Below are positions 37,058-46,069 of a stretch of DNA of 64,000 nt, piece after piece. Each line of letters begins with the position of its first letter. Position 1 is the stretch's first letter. A program made the position numbers and the translations under genes. The notes under the pieces are model-generated. The model did not search any database, was not told where the DNA came from, and saw only the letters and a program-made list of their open reading frames with translations. This stretch comes from Candidatus Woesearchaeota archaeon (GTDB lineage: Archaea; Nanobdellota; Nanobdellia; Woesearchaeales; 0-14-0-80-44-23), in NCBI GenBank assembly GCA_038874135.1, contig JAVZCZ010000001.1:640001-704000 (forward strand), in the 5' to 3' direction.

Positions 37058-37548
37058 TCTTTCTCTTTTGCCTTATTATAGGCTGTCCAGACCGTTCTGT
37101 AGTTTCTTTTCAGGATTTTTGCAATTTGGCTGAGCCGCATATTTTTTTCATCCTTTAGGAACTTTACAGCAGATTCTAGTATTCCCATGTTTCTGTTTTC
37201 AAATGCTCTTAGGGGGATGAGTATTCCTGTTTTTTCTGCTGGTTTTTTTCTTTCAGTCTTTTTTATTGTAGTCCAGATTGTCTTGTAGCTTCTTCCAAGT
37301 TTTTTTGCTATCTCTTTTGTTGAGTAGCCCTTTGCTTTTAGTTCGGTGCATATTGCTCCCAATGGTGCTCTTTTCTGAAATATTCCTGCATCTATGAAGT
37401 TTCTGCCTTCTTCTGAAATTCTTAACAAATCCTCCTTCTGAATTCCATATCTCCTGCTCAGTTCTTCTATGCTAGTGCTGATTTTTTGCAGCATGTCTTC
37501 TTCCCTGCTCAATATCTTCTCCATCCACTCAGCATTTTCAAATTCCAT
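37054..37548 (-). CDS. Tandem-HTH DNA-binding protein, translationally coupled to the adhesin
   Basis: Two repeats of S.IA..L.R...T[IV]WT; stop overlaps the adhesin ATG. Confidence 0.75.
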   Translation of the reverse strand: MEFENAEWMEKILSREEDMLQKISTSIEELSRRYGIQKEDLLRISEEGRNFIDAGIFQKRAPLGAICTELKAKGYSTKEIAKKLGRSYKTIWTTIKKTERKKPAEKTGILIPLRAFENRNMGILESAVKFLKDEKNMRLSQIAKILKRNYRTVWTAYNKAKEKE

Positions 37549-37614
37549 TTTTCCTATTTAATAAGTATTTTATTTATTAATTATTTAAATATTTTCCTAT
37601 TTAATAAGTATTTT
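37549..37614. promoter_or_regulatory. Two 23-bp direct repeats (TTTTCCTATTTAATAAGTATTTT) flanking a minus-strand TATA box
   Basis: Copies at 37549-37571 and 37592-37614; TTTAAATA on the minus strand between them. Confidence 0.7.
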
Positions 37615-37615
37615 T

Positions 37616-40600
37616 TTATTTTTCATCAGGACTTACTGAGATAAGATAGTTCACCTCCTCTTGATTATAATCTGTAACTATGACGCCGTTCCAGTCTACC
37701 CTAAACTTTCTGCCGGTTTCATTATATGATTGTGAGTTCAGATATTCTTCTATTTTCCTTTTAATCGAGTCTTCTAGCATCTTGTGTAATTCTAAGGGGT
37801 CTAATGTTGCATTGAGATCACCACAAGGACCTCCAACGCACCTCACGCCTGCCTTGAATGTGAAGAACTTCTGATACGGCACTGTTGTGTTTCCATAAGG
37901 CTCGTATGGCCACACATAGTATGGTTCTAGGTGTCCGTATGCTGAGTTATTGAACATGAAGCTGTATATGTAGGTGCCTATATCTCCTAATGAGTTATTT
38001 GCGTATATTGTTATTGTATGAGTTTGTTGGTCTGTAAGGTTTGTTGTGTTTATGTAGTATGGAGCGTTTAGTGTGTTGTTTGTTCCTCCGTCTATGTTGT
38101 ACCATGAGGCGTTGGCTCCGCTTATTGTGAATTTGAGTAGGGTGCCTGTGTGTATTATTGAGTTGTTTACTGGGCTTTCCAGGGTTACTATTGGCAGTCC
38201 CGCCATGTTGTATGCATATGCTGTTTTGTTTCCAAACCTGAATTGCTGAGTGTGTTTTCCTCCTGTTAGCACATTTACTGTGTAATATGATGTTGTTGAG
38301 CAGTTGTAGTTTTCAACCATTATTGAGATGACTGGTATGCTCAACTCTGAATCCATTAAGGTAGTGTAATTTATGTAGCTCAGTTCTCCATCCGAAGTGC
38401 AGCCTAGTGTTGAATTTTCAATTTTGCCATCTGTGCATGAGGCATTGCTGATTACTATTATCCTGTTCTTGTTTATTATATTGTTTCCACATTTTAGCTC
38501 TATAAATCTAAGATCGTCTTCTGTTTCGTTGTTGTCATTTGGCTCTTCCCTGTAAGTTGTGCCGTTGTATGCTGTTATTATTAAGTTGGCAGTTCCTGTA
38601 GTGTTGAAGGCAGTTGTCCAGTTTCCTCCTATCATTGGGAAGCTCTGTACTGTTATTATTATTAGGTCTATCTGTAATTCAAATTCTTCTTCACTCAGCA
38701 GAGGGACTGTCCAGACTACCTTTTCAACCCTTCCGTTGCCGTTCAGGTCTATTAACTGGACGTTGAATCTTTCATCATTTGTTACATCTTGTTTTGTTCC
38801 ATTGACTATCCAGAAGAGCTTCACTTGCTCTGGCAGCGACTCCGGTATTGAGCTATAGGCAGTTGTATTCTCATAGTGTATGTAAGACTCTGATCTTATT
38901 GTTACTTTTTTCTTCCAAGTGTTCTGGTCTTTTGTTGGTTTTTCTTCAATCTTTTCAGGAGCTGGAGTTGTGAATCTTATAAGGTATTGTGTTTCTTCAT
39001 CTTTTTCTGGAATTATTAGTTTTATTGCTTCATCTATCTTTGCAGGTGGCGTTACCTCTTTTGCTACCTGTGGAATTTCAGTAAGTGTTTGTGCTGAAGT
39101 TCCATTCTCCTCCTCTTTTTCTTGTATCACAACATTTTCTGATGTCTCTGCAGTACCGTTTTCCGTTGTTATTTCTTGAGTAACAGTTTGGTTTTCTGTT
39201 GCTTGCAATACACTTCCTGTTGTTATATTCTCCTGACTTGCATTTTCTTCCAAGATTAGTGTTGTTGTATTTTCTTCACTGTACACTGCAAATCCTGTTA
39301 TCCTACTAAGCTCTGCAAAAATCTTATATACGAAGCTGACAACTCTTTCTGCAAAGTCGGTTATGCTCCTAGTGGTTTTAATTGCTGCTCCCGTTATTGT
39401 CTGGACTGAACTCTGAATTTGTGTTTCTCCCCTGTTGTAGTTTTCAATATTTTCAGTCTTGTTGTCCACGCTTACTAGGGCTTCTGTAACTTGTATGTTT
39501 AAGCTTCCGTATCTTTTATACACTGTTATGTTCTTGGCATCTTTTGGAAGCACTATATCTATGGTCTGAGTTTCATTGCTTACTTTTCTTAGCGAGATTT
39601 TATGCGTCCACTCAACCGGTTTTCCAATTTCCGCCTTTGACTGTACAAACTCCTGCGATATGATTATTACTCCTTTTTCAAACATCTCAATTATGATTGT
39701 AAACCTGCTCTTTATTTCTCCTGTTGAAGCTTCAAGTATTACATAACCGAGGCCTGTGCTTTGGTCTTCCTTCCAGATGTTCAGAATTTCTCCTTTTGTT
39801 TCTGCTCTAATATTTGCAGACTCTATTACTGAGTATGTTATGTTTTGGTCTTTTCCGCCCGTGCAGTATTCTCTGAGGTTTATGGTTGTGTAGTTTTCCG
39901 TGAGGATTATTGGATTGAAAATGCATTCTATTGCAGTTTTTTGCTGAGGTAGTACTTCCACTTCTACTTCGTTGCTATATGTTATTTCGTTGGTGTTTGA
40001 AGCTGCAAACTTTATGGTGTAGTATCCTGATTCTTCTGCTCTTATTTCTGCGATTTCTTTTTCAATTGTTATTGTAAGACCATCAGCCCCTATTGCGATA
40101 TAACTTAGTTCCCTTCCATTTTCTTCAGTGAAGTATTCTGATAGGTTTATTATTGCACTTTCGTTTATCTCTAGTGTTATTGTTGGAATTTCTTTTGTTA
40201 GCACAGGCGCTTTTTCTGTTATGTTCTGAGTTACTTCTTCGCTTATGTTTTGGGTTATGTTTTCTGTTATGTTTTGAGGTATGTTTTCAATAGTCTGTTC
40301 GCTTGTTTTGTTTTCTTGCGGAATTTCTTCGCTTATGTTTTGGGTTATGTTTTCTGTTATGTTGGTGCTTGTTTCTGTTATGCCAGTTTCATTGCTTTCT
40401 GATGTTATGTTTTCTGAAGTTTGGTTGGTTTCGTTTGTTTCAATTATGGTGATGTTTTCTTGTGTTGTAACTTCTGTAGCGTTTTGAGTGGTTATGTTTT
40501 CCCAGCTGCTGAGGTTTTGGGTAGTTTCTGGTATTGTTAGATTGCCAGTTCCGTTTTCCGTCTCATTGTAGGTTGCACTTTCGTTTTCTAATATTGCAAG

Positions 40601-40999
40601 TCCTGTTATCCTTGTTCTTAAGATTCCTGTTGCATACAGCAGTCCAGTTATTCCTACGGCTATTAATAACACTGCTATTATCGGTGCATAATTGCGCGTT
40701 TCTCTTTCCTCTTCAATTTTTCTTATTTTTTCTTCTAATTCACTGAGTTTCTGTTGCTGCTGAGTTATCTCTTGCAGTTTTTCGTCTTTCCAATTCTCAG
40801 GCGTTTTTCCTTCAAAGATTCTTGCTATTTCTCTGGTGTACTCTTCTAAGCTATACTCATCCTTCAGATAGGCGATGTAGAGCTGTTTTCTGGTCGCGTC
40901 TGTTATTTCTATCTTCTTCCTAAGCAGGTCTATGGTTGTGGCTGTCTTTTCTATTTCTGCCCTAATCTTCACTATCCTTTCACGCTTGGATTTATTCAT
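37616..40999 (-). CDS. Large membrane-anchored surface protein (coiled coil, TM, E/T/N-rich stalk, Ig-like domains)
   Basis: N-terminal coiled coil, one TM, NITENITQNISEE repeats, beta-rich domains, Cys motif near the C-terminus. Confidence 0.8.
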   Translation of the reverse strand: MNKSKRERIVKIRAEIEKTATTIDLLRKKIEITDATRKQLYIAYLKDEYSLEEYTREIARIFEGKTPENWKDEKLQEITQQQQKLSELEEKIRKIEEERETRNYAPIIAVLLIAVGITGLLYATGILRTRITGLAILENESATYNETENGTGNLTIPETTQNLSSWENITTQNATEVTTQENITIIETNETNQTSENITSESNETGITETSTNITENITQNISEEIPQENKTSEQTIENIPQNITENITQNISEEVTQNITEKAPVLTKEIPTITLEINESAIINLSEYFTEENGRELSYIAIGADGLTITIEKEIAEIRAEESGYYTIKFAASNTNEITYSNEVEVEVLPQQKTAIECIFNPIILTENYTTINLREYCTGGKDQNITYSVIESANIRAETKGEILNIWKEDQSTGLGYVILEASTGEIKSRFTIIIEMFEKGVIIISQEFVQSKAEIGKPVEWTHKISLRKVSNETQTIDIVLPKDAKNITVYKRYGSLNIQVTEALVSVDNKTENIENYNRGETQIQSSVQTITGAAIKTTRSITDFAERVVSFVYKIFAELSRITGFAVYSEENTTTLILEENASQENITTGSVLQATENQTVTQEITTENGTAETSENVVIQEKEEENGTSAQTLTEIPQVAKEVTPPAKIDEAIKLIIPEKDEETQYLIRFTTPAPEKIEEKPTKDQNTWKKKVTIRSESYIHYENTTAYSSIPESLPEQVKLFWIVNGTKQDVTNDERFNVQLIDLNGNGRVEKVVWTVPLLSEEEFELQIDLIIITVQSFPMIGGNWTTAFNTTGTANLIITAYNGTTYREEPNDNNETEDDLRFIELKCGNNIINKNRIIVISNASCTDGKIENSTLGCTSDGELSYINYTTLMDSELSIPVISIMVENYNCSTTSYYTVNVLTGGKHTQQFRFGNKTAYAYNMAGLPIVTLESPVNNSIIHTGTLLKFTISGANASWYNIDGGTNNTLNAPYYINTTNLTDQQTHTITIYANNSLGDIGTYIYSFMFNNSAYGHLEPYYVWPYEPYGNTTVPYQKFFTFKAGVRCVGGPCGDLNATLDPLELHKMLEDSIKRKIEEYLNSQSYNETGRKFRVDWNGVIVTDYNQEEVNYLISVSPDEK
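40235..40363. repeat. Exact 39-bp intragenic repeat in the stalk region (NITENITQNISEE)
   Basis: 40235-40273 equals 40325-40363. Confidence 0.8.
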
Positions 41000-41579
41000 T
41001 TGACAGTTTCTTTTCAGCTCTTTTGGCTATTGTCCAGATTGTGCGCGGATCCCTTTTGAGTGTGGATGCAATTTGGCTCAGTTTGAGCCCTTTTCCTCTG
41101 AGATGATGCACTATTGCCTCTAGGACGGAGAGCTGCCTTGAGGCGATGATTGAGATTGGAATCTTATTTTCAGAAGCGGCATCCAATTGTTCAGGCATTT
41201 TGGAGCTCGCATTTTTGTAGGTGCTCCAGATTGTCCTGGGGTTTCTGTTGAGAATTTTTGCAATTTTGCTGTAAGAGTACTTCTTGTTCTCTACTAGATA
41301 TTTTACTATACTTTCGAAAGGAGATATCTTTGTGTTAAAGATTGAATCTGGAAAATTTTCAGAGCTCTCTTCTGTTGGTTCTATGCTTTTTAGAAGTGTT
41401 AAAAGTATTTCGGAGGATAGCTCTTCTGTTTTCTTCTGTATTATTCTTGTTATGATTTCGTTAAGCGCGCTTTGAAGCTTCTTACTCTTTAGGCTTTCAT
41501 CTCCTTGCTTTTCTAAGAATTCCTTATTTCTCAAGTATTCTTCGCGCGCGATTTTAAACCACTCTACCAAAAGCCGCAA
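40992..41579 (-). CDS. Tandem-HTH DNA-binding protein, paralog of 37054-37548
   Basis: YSKIAKILNRNPRTIWST and LSQIASTLKRDPRTIWT; overlaps the start of 37616-40999; TTG start uncertain. Confidence 0.75.
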   Translation of the reverse strand: MRLLVEWFKIAREEYLRNKEFLEKQGDESLKSKKLQSALNEIITRIIQKKTEELSSEILLTLLKSIEPTEESSENFPDSIFNTKISPFESIVKYLVENKKYSYSKIAKILNRNPRTIWSTYKNASSKMPEQLDAASENKIPISIIASRQLSVLEAIVHHLRGKGLKLSQIASTLKRDPRTIWTIAKRAEKKLSNE

Positions 41580-41601
41580 AAGTGCTACTAATATATTGAT
41601 T

Positions 41602-41716
41602 TACTCATTATGTAAGATTATTTATATATAAATATTTTGAATTTTATTATTTTTTACTTATTTTGTAAGATTATTTATTACTTATTATGTAAGTATTATT
41701 ACTTATTATGTAAGTA
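41602..41716. promoter_or_regulatory. Four palindromic TACTTA-N5-TAAGTA-like sites in the divergent HTH/pheS promoter region
   Basis: Copies at 41602, 41655, 41679 and 41700; the last two are perfect. Confidence 0.7.
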
Positions 41717-41765
41717 TTATTTTTTGTGCAAAGATTTATATAGATTTTTCTTTTCCAATTTTGAG

Positions 41766-43307
41766 ATGGCCTCTCAGAACCTGAACGAGATTATAGAAGG
41801 TCTTCACCCATATGAAAAAAAGGTGCTCTCAAATCTGCACGAGCCTACCACATTTGAGTCGCTGCTGGAAAGAACTGGCCTTAAAGATGTCCAGCTTATG
41901 AGGGCAATTCAGTGGCTTCAGAATAAGGGGCTTGTTTCTGTTAAGACCGAGCTTAAAGAGGTGGTCGTTCCCGATTCTAACGGGAAGATTTATCTTAAGC
42001 AGGGGATGCCTGAGCGCAGGTTTCTTGAAGCTATAAGTGCCGGGCCCTTGACTGTTTCAGAGCTGAAATCTAAAACGGGGCTTTCTGATCAGGAGGTTGA
42101 GGTTTGTATTGGCATCCTGAAGAAGAAGCTCGCAATAGAGATTCAGAAGACAAAGAAGGGACTGCAGTTCTCAATTACTGAAAATGGCAGAAACATACTC
42201 AGTCAGGGCTCTCTTGAGGAGAACTTCCTTAAGCGCCTTCCAATTGAGGTTTCCAGTATGGAGCGCGAGGACAGATTCTGCTATGAAGAGTTGAGAAGGA
42301 GAAATAGGATTGTTAAGAACGAGGTTATTAACAGCAGAGTAATCCTTCCAACCGAGCTTGGCTCCCAAATTTCTTCTTATGATTTAAGCCAGGATTTGAT
42401 AGAACAGCTCACTCCAGAGATAATCAAGAGTGGCGAGTGGAAGGTTAAGAAATTTCGCAGGTACGATGTCAAGGCTCCCGTTCCTCAAATATATTTTGGA
42501 AGGCGACACTTTGTAAATGAGACGATAAGGTATATAAAACGCATCTGGCTGGACCTTGGTTTCAGAGAGATGGAAGGCAACATTGTTCAATCCAGCTTCT
42601 GGAATTTTGACGCACTGTTCACCCCCCAAGATCATCCTGCTAGAGAGCTTCAGGACACATTTTTCCTAAAAAATCCGGCAAACAGCTCACTTCCAGACGC
42701 GTCTTTAGTCAAAAGGGTATCTCAAACCCATGAGAACGGCTGGAAAACAGGAAGCACTGGATGGCGCTACCGTTGGAGTTCTGAGGAGGCAAAGAAATTG
42801 GTTTTAAGGACACACACCACAGTGCTTTCAGCTAGGACAATTGCCTCCCTTAAAAAGGAGGAGCTTCCTGCAAAGTTCTTTGCAGTTGGCAGATGCTTTA
42901 GAAACGAAACTCAGGACTGGAGCCACCTCTTTGAGTTCTACCAGGTAGAAGGCATAGTTGTTGATCCAAACGCCAACTTCAAACACCTCATCGGCTATCT
43001 GAAACTCTTTTATAACAAGATGGGATATGATGAGGTGAAAATAAGACCGGGATACTTCCCATACACAGAAATGAGCGCAGAGATTGACGTTTACGACCGC
43101 GAGCATAAGAAATGGATAGAGCTCGGCGGGGCGGGAATATTCAGGCCAGAGGTGGTCAAGCCACTCTTAGGAGAGGACATTCCAGTTTTAGCATGGGGCT
43201 TAGGGCTTTCAAGGATAATATCACAATACTACAAGCTTGACGATTTGCGAAGACTGCACAGCAACAACCTTAAGGAGCTGAGAGAGGCAAGGGCCTGGCT
43301 CAGGTGA
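41766..43307 (+). CDS. pheS: Phenylalanyl-tRNA synthetase alpha subunit
   Basis: FWNFDALF.PQDHPARE.QDTF, LRTHTT, FRNE, YFPYTE.S, GAGIFRPEV; start at ATG 41766. Confidence 0.96.
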   Translation: MASQNLNEIIEGLHPYEKKVLSNLHEPTTFESLLERTGLKDVQLMRAIQWLQNKGLVSVKTELKEVVVPDSNGKIYLKQGMPERRFLEAISAGPLTVSELKSKTGLSDQEVEVCIGILKKKLAIEIQKTKKGLQFSITENGRNILSQGSLEENFLKRLPIEVSSMEREDRFCYEELRRRNRIVKNEVINSRVILPTELGSQISSYDLSQDLIEQLTPEIIKSGEWKVKKFRRYDVKAPVPQIYFGRRHFVNETIRYIKRIWLDLGFREMEGNIVQSSFWNFDALFTPQDHPARELQDTFFLKNPANSSLPDASLVKRVSQTHENGWKTGSTGWRYRWSSEEAKKLVLRTHTTVLSARTIASLKKEELPAKFFAVGRCFRNETQDWSHLFEFYQVEGIVVDPNANFKHLIGYLKLFYNKMGYDEVKIRPGYFPYTEMSAEIDVYDREHKKWIELGGAGIFRPEVVKPLLGEDIPVLAWGLGLSRIISQYYKLDDLRRLHSNNLKELREARAWLR

Positions 43308-43316
43308 GGTTAGAAA

Positions 43317-44960
43317 ATGCCTACTATAAACATACGCAAGAACTATCTCAGAAAGCTTTTGAAGAGAAGGTATTCTGAAGAATTTATTCTGAATAGGATT
43401 TCAATGCTGGGCACTGCAATAGAAGGCGTCACTAGAGACGAGTTCATAATAGAAGTGTTTCCAAACAGGCCAGATATGCTCTCTGTAGAGGGCTTCGCTA
43501 GGGCACTCTCACTCTTCACAGGCGCTCGGAAGTCACTGCCGAAGTACTCTGTAGCTGAGAGCGGGCTCAAGGTTCTAGTTGATAAGAGCGTGTCTAATGT
43601 AAGGCCATTTATAAGGTGTGCCCTGGTGAAAAATGTAACCTTGAATGATGATTCTATTAGGAGCATAATGCAGGTTCAGGAGAAGCTGCACCAGACGCAC
43701 GGTAGGAAGCGCAGGAAGGTAGCAATTGGAATTCACGATTTCAGCAGGATGAAGTTCCCCTTAACCTATAAGGCTGTTGATCCCGATTCGGTATCCTTCA
43801 TTCCTTTGGGAGATAATAAAGAGATGAGCCTTTCTCAAATTCTTAAAAGGCATCCTAAGGGGCAGCAGTATTCCTTCACGCTTGAAGGCTTCTCAAAATA
43901 CCCACTGCTCGTGGATGCTAATGGGAATGTGATGAGTTTTCCCCCAATAATAAATGGGGAGCTCACTGCTGTAACTGAGAAGACGCGTGACATCTTCATA
44001 GATGTAACTGGCAGTGATGAAGCTGCTGTTGAGCAGGCGCTTGCAATAATGGTGACAACATTTGCGGATATGGGAGGCAAAATATACTCTGTAAAATGTG
44101 GGGTTAAAAATTCTCCAAACTTGAAATGGCGCAAGCTTCCTCTAAACCTTGCATATGTAAACAAGCTTTTAGGGCTTTCTCTTAAAAAGTCAGACTTGAA
44201 AAAACTACTTTTAAGAATGGGAATAGGCTTTGACGGAAGTAATGCTCTGATACCCCCATACAGGGTTGATATCCTACACCAGTTTGATTTAGTTGAGGAA
44301 GTAGCAATAGCTTACGGCTATGAAAACTTTGAAGCAGAAATTCCGAAAACAGCAACCATTGGAAGTGAGAGCAGCTCTGAAATCTTCTTTAACCACCTGA
44401 GCTCAATAATGGTTGGCTTCGGCTTTATTGAAACGAGCACTTATCACCTCTCAAATTACACAGACATAAAGATTAAGATGAACTATGCACTTCCCTATGT
44501 TGAGCTGGCAAACTCTGTATCTTCAGAATACAACCTGCTGAGACCCTGGCTTCTTCCGATGCTCATGAAGGTGCTCTCAGAGAATAAGACGCAGGCTTTT
44601 CCTCAAAAGCTGTTTGAGATAGGAACGATTTTCATTCCAGATTCAAAAGAGGAAGTGAAGGTGTCTGAAAGGAAGTCCTTTGCAGCTGTGATTTCTGAGA
44701 GGAGCGCTGATTTTACAAAGATAAGGCAAGTGTTAGATGCAATCATGCTTGCTCTTGGCTTACGCTTAGAACTGGAGCCCTGCGAGCACCCATCTTTTAT
44801 TTCGGGAAGGGCCGCTTCAATACTTGTTGAGGGCAAGAATGTGGGCATTATTGGAGAGATAAGCCCGGTAGTTCTTTCATCCTGGCAGGTTGAGACTCCT
44901 GTTGCGGCTTTTGAGATTGACGCTACTCTTCTCAAAACGCTAACTGAAAAGGTAAGATGA
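43317..44960 (+). CDS. pheT: Phenylalanyl-tRNA synthetase beta subunit
   Basis: PNRPDMLS, QEKLH, AIGIHD, FPPIIN, YRVDILH..DLVEEVAIAYGY. Confidence 0.96.
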   Translation: MPTINIRKNYLRKLLKRRYSEEFILNRISMLGTAIEGVTRDEFIIEVFPNRPDMLSVEGFARALSLFTGARKSLPKYSVAESGLKVLVDKSVSNVRPFIRCALVKNVTLNDDSIRSIMQVQEKLHQTHGRKRRKVAIGIHDFSRMKFPLTYKAVDPDSVSFIPLGDNKEMSLSQILKRHPKGQQYSFTLEGFSKYPLLVDANGNVMSFPPIINGELTAVTEKTRDIFIDVTGSDEAAVEQALAIMVTTFADMGGKIYSVKCGVKNSPNLKWRKLPLNLAYVNKLLGLSLKKSDLKKLLLRMGIGFDGSNALIPPYRVDILHQFDLVEEVAIAYGYENFEAEIPKTATIGSESSSEIFFNHLSSIMVGFGFIETSTYHLSNYTDIKIKMNYALPYVELANSVSSEYNLLRPWLLPMLMKVLSENKTQAFPQKLFEIGTIFIPDSKEEVKVSERKSFAAVISERSADFTKIRQVLDAIMLALGLRLELEPCEHPSFISGRAASILVEGKNVGIIGEISPVVLSSWQVETPVAAFEIDATLLKTLTEKVR

Positions 44961-44963
44961 ACC

Positions 44964-45287
44964 TTAATTCTTTTTTTCACCAGTTTCAGTTTTATCTTTT
45001 GCTCTCTGCTTTGAAGGTTTTTCAGATTTTTCTTTCTGCTCCTTCTTCTTTTCCTTTTCTTTTAACTCATAGCCCGCGCTTCTTAATGCCTGAACAACCT
45101 CTTCATGAGAGGCATTCTTATTTATCTCAACCTTCCTTTCTGATGGTTCTAAATGCTTTATGTTACACTTTCGCCTTCTGCAAGCTCCGTCTACTATAAC
45201 ATAATTGCTGTTTATTACATCTATCACTACGCATATACTCCCTGCGTCCCTTCCAGCTATTTTAGTGCAAACTCTTCCTATCTCCAT
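44964..45287 (-). CDS. rpl14e: Ribosomal protein L14e
   Basis: EIGRVC.KIAGRDAG, RRRKCNI.HLEP. Confidence 0.93.
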   Translation of the reverse strand: MEIGRVCTKIAGRDAGSICVVIDVINSNYVIVDGACRRRKCNIKHLEPSERKVEINKNASHEEVVQALRSAGYELKEKEKKKEQKEKSEKPSKQRAKDKTETGEKKN

Positions 45288-45305
45288 TTTTTACACCTCG
45301 CCCAG

Positions 45306-46049
45306 TTAGTATACTTTCATCAGCTTTCTGAACAGGCTGTTAAATATCAGGGCAAATATAAAGTATGACCAGAACCACCCCATGCTGAATCCTCCCAACT
45401 TTATCACCTTTCTGGGAGCGTTTCCTATTTCTATTGAGGTGATGTTTCCGCTCAGTTTTGTTATTGGATTTTCATACTTTGTGCCACTAGTTATGATAAC
45501 CCTTTTTTCATAGCTCACGTTCCCAAATGTGAATGTTAAATTGTATACGCCTTCTTCTCCAGAGAGTAGCCATCTTGCTTTTCCGTTCTGAATTTCCCTT
45601 GTAATATTTCCGTCCAGCACCTGCAGCTGCGGCGTTGCATTTAAGCTAACTTCCCCGCTAACTCCCGACTTGAATGAAAGCGTTACATTAAATGGCTGTC
45701 CTGGAATTATTGGTTCGTATGCCAGGTTTGCAGACATCCAGGCGAATATCAGTATTATTGGTATCCAGCTTATAAGCATCGGCTTTAGAGAGTGGCGCAT
45801 GTACTCTCCGTTTATGCTCATCATTTCAGAATTTATCTTCATAAGCTTCTTAGTGTCAGAGCCGGCGTTTTTAGCTTCCTTCTGAAGTTGGGAGAGCCTC
45901 TCCTTGAGTTCCTTCATCCTCTTCTGGTCTGTAGCGTATTTGTATATCAATGTCATTATAAATGTTATTAATATTGAGAATAGTATGACTGTGATCAGCG
46001 GGCTGAATCTTATCATCTGAGATAGTCCATCATCCAAAAATGACAACAT
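45306..46049 (-). CDS. DUF106/EMC3-TMCO1 (Oxa1 superfamily) membrane protein
   Basis: TM-coiled coil-TM, S.KPM, GW.W.Y; conserved position after secY. Confidence 0.85.
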   Translation of the reverse strand: MLSFLDDGLSQMIRFSPLITVILFSILITFIMTLIYKYATDQKRMKELKERLSQLQKEAKNAGSDTKKLMKINSEMMSINGEYMRHSLKPMLISWIPIILIFAWMSANLAYEPIIPGQPFNVTLSFKSGVSGEVSLNATPQLQVLDGNITREIQNGKARWLLSGEEGVYNLTFTFGNVSYEKRVIITSGTKYENPITKLSGNITSIEIGNAPRKVIKLGGFSMGWFWSYFIFALIFNSLFRKLMKVY

Positions 46050-46069
46050 CTTTTTACCTCCACAAGGCT

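Noticed and set aside
41602-41716. Short AT-rich repeats as a CRISPR array
   Set aside because: Units are about 17-21 bp, with no unique spacers of regular length and no cas genes; better explained as operators
41637-41765. N-terminal extension of pheS in the ORF track (MNFIIFYLFCK...)
   Set aside because: It is a translation of the AT-rich repeat/promoter region; ATG 41766 is the plausible start
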